From Candidatus Fraserbacteria bacterium (GTDB lineage Bacteria; Bipolaricaulota; Bipolaricaulia; RBG-16-55-9; JAJCYT01), in NCBI GenBank assembly GCA_029262795.1, contig JAJCYT010000026.1, forward strand, positions 50,273-114,272: a stretch of DNA of 64,000 nt. Direction: 5' to 3'. The notes under the pieces were generated by a model. That model saw only the letters and a list, made by a program, of their open reading frames with translations. It was not told the DNA's origin and did not search any database. Positions within the stretch are counted from its first letter, which is position 1; each line of letters starts with the position of its first letter. This document shows, piece after piece, positions 59,351-64,000 of the stretch. A program made the translations under genes and the position numbers.

Positions 59351-60229
59351 CTAAAGCACCTTAGTCCAGGTGCCACACTCGCTGCTGATGAAACCTTCAT
59401 CAGCTTTTTCGATAGTGACAACCACAGGTGTTTCACGGGAGAAGGCTTCGTCAATCACTTCATCCTCTACCCAGGTAAAGCCATTCAGGCGTTGCCAGTT
59501 GCAACGGCCAGTGTCCTCGGATTGCCAAATACCATGCGATATTTCTTCACCGACGCGATAAACACCCTCACCAAATGGGTCATCCAGTTCAGCTTCGCTT
59601 CGCAGAGGAGAAATATCTTTGGTCCAGCGGGCGCAGCCCTGGGAGTTGAAGCCTCTATCGCTACCTTTGATTTCGACCAGAATGGGGCCGTCATTAAAAC
59701 CTTGTGCAACAATTTCACCAATGGTGCCGTTCAGGCCACTGAGGCGTTCCCAGAAACAATCGCGGCCATTGGATTGAGTGCGATACATGCCAGGTTCAAT
59801 ATCTTTACCCACAACAAGCAGACCTGCTCCAAATGTGAATGGAAACTCGGGTTCAGGCACGACCACACGAATCAGATCTGAAACTTCGGAAGTGATGCCC
59901 TCAGCGTTGGTCGTGGTGAGGGTCACAGTGTAACTGCCTTTCACATTATAAGTATGAGAAACGGAACGGCCCTCAGCCTGATTGCCATCGCCAAAATCCC
60001 ACTCGTAACGTTCGGGTTGGCTGAGCGATTGCGTGGAAATGCCGCTAGATGCATTAAAATCAACCGCTTCATCCACGGTAGGCTGGGTGGGGTTGAAGCT
60101 GAATTCTGCCACAGGCGGCACCAACTCTTCCTGATTTTGGTCGGGCAAGGTGGCCTCAGTACAGCCAGTCAGCAACAGCATAAAACCAATCAAACTCACG
60201 GCAACAATCATTCGAGCATCCATGCTCAT
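59351..60229 (-). CDS. Lipoprotein with a PKD domain
   Basis: The lipobox is LLTGC. WDFGDGNQAEGRSVSHTYNVKGSYTVTLTTTN is a PKD signature. Confidence 0.7.
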   Translation of the reverse strand: MSMDARMIVAVSLIGFMLLLTGCTEATLPDQNQEELVPPVAEFSFNPTQPTVDEAVDFNASSGISTQSLSQPERYEWDFGDGNQAEGRSVSHTYNVKGSYTVTLTTTNAEGITSEVSDLIRVVVPEPEFPFTFGAGLLVVGKDIEPGMYRTQSNGRDCFWERLSGLNGTIGEIVAQGFNDGPILVEIKGSDRGFNSQGCARWTKDISPLRSEAELDDPFGEGVYRVGEEISHGIWQSEDTGRCNWQRLNGFTWVEDEVIDEAFSRETPVVVTIEKADEGFISSECGTWTKVL

Positions 60230-60478
60230 AGAATAATTTCTATGCAAGACAAAGATGGATGGCTGTGGTTCGTTAGGTTAGGGAAGTTGATCACATTAAC
60301 TAAGGTCTTGAATCCAATAATGTCGAGTAACTTTTCTAAACAGAGGTTTCGCGATTTATCAAAATAAACGAATCTATTCATTGGAAGATTAACCTGGTTC
60401 AATTTGGCTAGGGTATTGACTTTGGTCGCTAAATAAGGTTAAACTTACCGCAAATAATCTCGATCTTGGTTAAGGGGT

Positions 60479-61144
60479 TTGGCTTTGAAAAGCTTGTGGA
60501 AGGCAGTCCGTTATAGTGGCGTTGGGGTATTTTTTGCAGGCATCATTATGGTCCTGCAAGGATGTACCGAACGCGAAGGTGCGCTTGCCTTTATTCTCCT
60601 TTTATTGATGCAGTTCTGCACAGGTCCGGCTCTTGAGGAAAATACCTCACCAGGCGTGGCTATATTTAGTGTTGGCAGCACTGATTTCACGGCTGTCGAT
60701 GGAAACGCTCTTTGTCAAACTAATAATGCTCGCATTAATCTTTCGGCTCAAGCTGCAACGACAGGCATTATCACAAAAGTAGTGCTTGGGGTAGATGCCG
60801 CCAACACAACAAACGGTACATTTACCGTGCGCTTTATGTCTTTAGAAAATACATCAGGCACAAATTTCCAGATGAACGATCATGTAGATGTGTCTACAGA
60901 TTGGGATGCTTGTGCGCCCAGTTGCACAATTACGTTGCCTACAGCACTCACGATGCAGGCTGGAGAATACTTGGCCTGCGCAACCAATCAAACATTGTCA
61001 TTGACCTTGGATAATGAGGCAGGTTTTTCTGAGCGACTCCAGACCGGGACAACAGATTTTCCGAATGGGTCAGATGGAATCTCAATAGATCTTTTTAATA
61101 GTCTAGGTAGTAATTTACGACTTCATCTGGCTGGAACAAACTGA
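60479..61144 (+). CDS. Hypothetical lipoprotein
   Basis: There is a signal peptide with the lipobox VLQGC. The protein is Thr/Asn-rich, consistent with a beta-rich fold. Confidence 0.45.
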   Translation: MALKSLWKAVRYSGVGVFFAGIIMVLQGCTEREGALAFILLLLMQFCTGPALEENTSPGVAIFSVGSTDFTAVDGNALCQTNNARINLSAQAATTGIITKVVLGVDAANTTNGTFTVRFMSLENTSGTNFQMNDHVDVSTDWDACAPSCTITLPTALTMQAGEYLACATNQTLSLTLDNEAGFSERLQTGTTDFPNGSDGISIDLFNSLGSNLRLHLAGTN

Positions 61145-61187
61145 TCTCTGTAGATATAAACAAAACAAATGACTCAACACAATTTTT

Positions 61188-61219
61188 AAATCCCCCTTTT
61201 GAAATCAAAAGGGGGATTT
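61188..61219. terminator. Perfect palindromic hairpin (bidirectional terminator candidate) related to the REP core
   Basis: AAATCCCCCTTTTGA-aat-CAAAAGGGGGATTT is a 15-bp stem. It lies between convergent genes. Confidence 0.6.
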
Positions 61220-61226
61220 GTAGTTT

Positions 61227-62174
61227 TTAACCTAAGTATGGAATGATGTACTTGGATACAATCTTGAGCGACTCCAGTTCTTTTTCGTAAGGGAACATCA
61301 ACATAAACTGGCTGACACCCAGATCCGTGTAAGCTTTGATTTGCTCCAGACATTGCTCAGGTGAACCAAGGAAACCCACCTTCAATGCTTCTCGAAGTTC
61401 TTCAACTTCACGGCCCCGAAGTTCAGCAATTTCCTTTAACAAATCTTCGGCTTGTGCTTCGGTTTCTCCAATGAACATTTGGGTGAAATGGGATTTTTTG
61501 ATCGAATCAGGATCACGACCATGTTTTTGACAGGCTGCATTTAACTCATTAATTTTTTCTTTGTATTGTTCAGGTGATGGAAATGGGATGAAATTCATAC
61601 CATCCGCATGACGCGCAGCAATGTCCATGACTCGCGGTTTGCCACCACCAACCCAAACGGGTGGATGTGGTTTTTGTGTCGGCTTGGGCGCACAAAAGGC
61701 ATCTTTAATCTGGTAATACTCACCTGAATAACTCGCTTTGTCTTCCGTCCACATGGCTTTGACCACATGAATGGCTTCGTCTAATCTTGACACACGTTCA
61801 CCTGCGGATGGGAAAGGAATGCCATACGCATCATATTCAATTTCTTTCCAACCTGCGCCAATACCAAACTCCAAGCGGCCATTGGAAAGATGATCAATCG
61901 AAGACGAAATCTTTGCTAGCAATGCAGGGTAACGATACGAATTACAACTCACCAATGGTCCAAGATGTAATGTTTTCGTATCACGTGCTAATGCCGATAA
62001 GGTGGTCCAGCACTCCAAACAATTGATTTCTTCGGATTTGTCATGCAAGAAAAAATGGTCCGAACACCATAACGAATGAAAGCCACCCGCCTCAGCTTCC
62101 TGCGCAATCATACGAATGTCCTCATACGTAAAGCCAAACTGAGGTTCAATCTGAATTCCAAGTCGAACGCTCAT
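61227..62174 (-). CDS. LLM-class (luciferase-like) flavin-dependent oxidoreductase
   Basis: The protein is 315 aa. It has TIM-barrel LLM motifs (GFHSLWCSDHF, EFGIGAGW). Confidence 0.7.
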   Translation of the reverse strand: MSVRLGIQIEPQFGFTYEDIRMIAQEAEAGGFHSLWCSDHFFLHDKSEEINCLECWTTLSALARDTKTLHLGPLVSCNSYRYPALLAKISSSIDHLSNGRLEFGIGAGWKEIEYDAYGIPFPSAGERVSRLDEAIHVVKAMWTEDKASYSGEYYQIKDAFCAPKPTQKPHPPVWVGGGKPRVMDIAARHADGMNFIPFPSPEQYKEKINELNAACQKHGRDPDSIKKSHFTQMFIGETEAQAEDLLKEIAELRGREVEELREALKVGFLGSPEQCLEQIKAYTDLGVSQFMLMFPYEKELESLKIVSKYIIPYLG

Positions 62175-62261
62175 AAAACTCCTTTTGTAGACGATGGATG
62201 AACTAAAAATTTTCTAAAAAGAGGGTAGGTGAAAGGCCATAAATAATCAAATACTTTCTAA

Positions 62262-62345
62262 CCCCCAACCCCCTTTCAAAAGGGGGCACGATTAGACTAT
62301 CGATATGGGACATAGTGCGGTTGGTGTTCTTTCATTACCTTGTTG
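62262..62345. repeat. REP/MITE-like repeat, full-length forward copy
   Basis: CTAACCCCCAACCCCCTTTCAAAAGGGGGCACGATTAGACTATCGATATGGGACATAGTGCGGTTGGTGTTCTTTC. Confidence 0.75.
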
Positions 62346-62475
62346 GCTTTTGCTCAAAAAACTTAAAATTTTTATATATAAAACAACAAGCAATTCGATA
62401 AGAAAAACAAAACGAAGAATAGAACACACTTTCGCAGGTCTATCGTAACCCCCTTTAGAAAACAGAATTATCCCC

Positions 62476-62504
62476 TTGACAAAGCAAGATTGGTAGTTTA
62501 TAAT
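62476..62504 (+). promoter_or_regulatory. Consensus sigma70 promoter (TTGACA, 17 bp, TATAAT) upstream of the IS1595 transposase
   Basis: Both hexamers are perfect. It lies 29 bp upstream of the transposase start. Confidence 0.55.
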
Positions 62505-62532
62505 AAATACATCACATAAATGAGGAATAATT

Positions 62533-63459
62533 ATGACCTTCTTAGAGCTTGCCAAGATGACAGAGAATCAAGCGAGAAAATACCTTGAAAAGATTAGGTG
62601 GTCAGATGGTAAGCCAGTTTGTCCTCATTGTGATTCAGATAATTGCACAAGACTCAAAGGTAAAAAACATCGTCGTGGTGCCATACAATGCAATGAATGT
62701 CGCCAACAGTTCTCAGTTACTGTAAACACAGTGATGGAGAAATCCCACATTCCATTGACAAAATGGTTGATGGCAATTCATTTAATGTGTTCATCTAAGA
62801 AAGGCATTTCTGCAAGGCAACTGCAACGCGATCTTGACCTTGGCTCATACAAAAGCGCACACTTTTTGTCGCACAGAGTTCGTTACGCAATGGAACATGG
62901 CATTTTAGGTGAAAAGCTCAAGGGTGTGGTTGAGGCTGACGAAACTTTTGTTGGTGGCAAGAGTCGAAAAGGCAAAAGAGGATACAGCTCAGAGCGAAAG
63001 ACGCCTGTGTTGGTCATGGTAGAGCGTGATGGTAAAGCAATCGCAAAGGTCGTCAAACGCACAGATGGCAACACTTTAAAGCCAGAACTGATGAAGCATA
63101 TTGACAAATCTGCAACCTTAATGACCGACGAAGCAGGTCAATATTATGGTTTGAGTCAACACTTTGACGGTGGACATCACGCAGTTGTGCATAGCCGCAA
63201 AGAGTATTCACGCGGTAATGTTCACTCTAACACAGCCGAGTCATTTTTTAGCCTTATCAAGCGTGGTTACTATGGAGTATTTCACTGGATGAGTAAGCAG
63301 CATCTACACAGATACGTGACTGAATTTCAATTTAGATGGAATCATAGGAAACAAACAGACAGCGAATGTCGGGACGCAGTTTTGAAGCAACTGGCTGACA
63401 AGCGTTTGATGTATTACGCTCCGAAGTCAGGCGAAATGGTAGACTGCTTGGTGAATTAA
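62533..63459 (+). CDS. IS1595-family transposase (ISXO2-like, with an N-terminal zinc ribbon)
   Basis: CPHCDSDNCTRL...CNECRQQF is a zinc ribbon. The DDE-type core ETFVGG...DE...MTDEAGQYYG is typical of IS1595/ISXO2. Confidence 0.8.
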   Translation: MTFLELAKMTENQARKYLEKIRWSDGKPVCPHCDSDNCTRLKGKKHRRGAIQCNECRQQFSVTVNTVMEKSHIPLTKWLMAIHLMCSSKKGISARQLQRDLDLGSYKSAHFLSHRVRYAMEHGILGEKLKGVVEADETFVGGKSRKGKRGYSSERKTPVLVMVERDGKAIAKVVKRTDGNTLKPELMKHIDKSATLMTDEAGQYYGLSQHFDGGHHAVVHSRKEYSRGNVHSNTAESFFSLIKRGYYGVFHWMSKQHLHRYVTEFQFRWNHRKQTDSECRDAVLKQLADKRLMYYAPKSGEMVDCLVN

Positions 63460-63626
63460 GGCGTTTGGATTTGAAATTAATTAAAATTCATTATATTCTG
63501 AAGTTCAGGGTTTTATGTGTTCGTTATTTTTCTTAATTAATAAAAAGTTCTGGCAGCGCCACACTGCTGCAAGTAGTGGCGCTGCCATAGTATGTTAGTC
63601 CCTAGGCGGATAAGGTGTAATAGACC

Positions 63627-63872
63627 TTATCTGCCATCTGGGGTTTCATCATTAAACTCCTCTAACGTCGCGCTAAATGGCAAAATGATTGTTGGCTTTT
63701 GGTCTTCTTCATTTGAATCTGGTTTGCTTATCCACTCAATCAATACCTCACGGACGATCTTACGAACTGCTTCTGCTAAGTTAATGGGGCGCATAAATGC
63801 ACTCCCTTTCGAATCTTTGATTCCACCCCAACTATGTGAGGCAACAACACAAAAGAGGTCTGGCAGCGACAT
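63627..63872 (-). CDS. Hypothetical small protein
   Basis: The 81-aa ORF has no recognisable domain. It is flanked by two hairpins that share the 10-mer TCTGGCAGCG. Confidence 0.3.
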   Translation of the reverse strand: MSLPDLFCVVASHSWGGIKDSKGSAFMRPINLAEAVRKIVREVLIEWISKPDSNEEDQKPTIILPFSATLEEFNDETPDGR

Positions 63873-64000
63873 TTTTCAATGCAGACCTTGACTCCTTGGG
63901 CATTTCTGCTATACTAAGAAAAGCAGAAATGCGAGGAGGGCTTGGAAAGAGATTTCCAAGTTTTCGTATATATATTTGTGAACGAGCCAGGGCCGCCAAG

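Larger units (their letters stand above)
62412..63540 (+). mobile_element. Putative IS1595-family insertion sequence (boundaries approximate)
   Basis: The transposase CDS is present, and a weak terminal inverted repeat is proposed (GAAAAACAAAACGAA...AACAC at about 62415-62442 against GTGTTCGTTATTTTTC at about 63518-63533). I identified no clear direct repeats. Confidence 0.35.

Overview
This window is a chromosomal segment of roughly 50% GC from an unidentified, probably uncultivated bacterium. It is mostly housekeeping genes: a uvrD-like helicase fragment, hpf, trkA-trkH, maeB, metK, metG, argH-argG, dprA, proC, mgsA, a pspA-nfeD-flotillin operon, an uncharacterised ABC exporter, recF plus DUF721, uppP, frr, and an F1Fo ATP synthase operon in the order atpI-like, B, E, E, F', F, H, A, G, D. 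The main observation is that the first c-subunit gene of the ATP operon is a single uninterrupted ORF with six tandem c-subunit hairpin repeats (about 520 aa). All six repeats keep the helix-2 ESxxIY carboxylate motif, and the gene is followed by a separate conventional monomeric c-subunit gene. No epsilon gene follows atpD. Other observations are listed here. (1) A dense 230-bp cluster of 12 DnaA-box-like 9-mers (TTTTCAACA and TTTTGCACA, 6 direct then 6 inverted) with AT-rich flanks lies upstream of recF and is a candidate oriC. (2) A dispersed family of at least 12 intergenic REP/MITE-like hairpin repeats (CCCCCTTT-N5-AAAGGGGG core), two of them arranged as inverted pairs. (3) Two cases in which a cargo gene sits between an intact gene 3' end and a diverged duplicate remnant of that same 3' end: trkH flanking an AT-rich orphan 279-aa ORF, and an iscA-like gene flanking an alpha/beta hydrolase. 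(4) An AT-rich pair of translationally coupled, paralogous small zinc-ribbon membrane proteins after the ABC transporter. (5) An IS1595-family transposase. I found no rRNA, tRNA or CRISPR.
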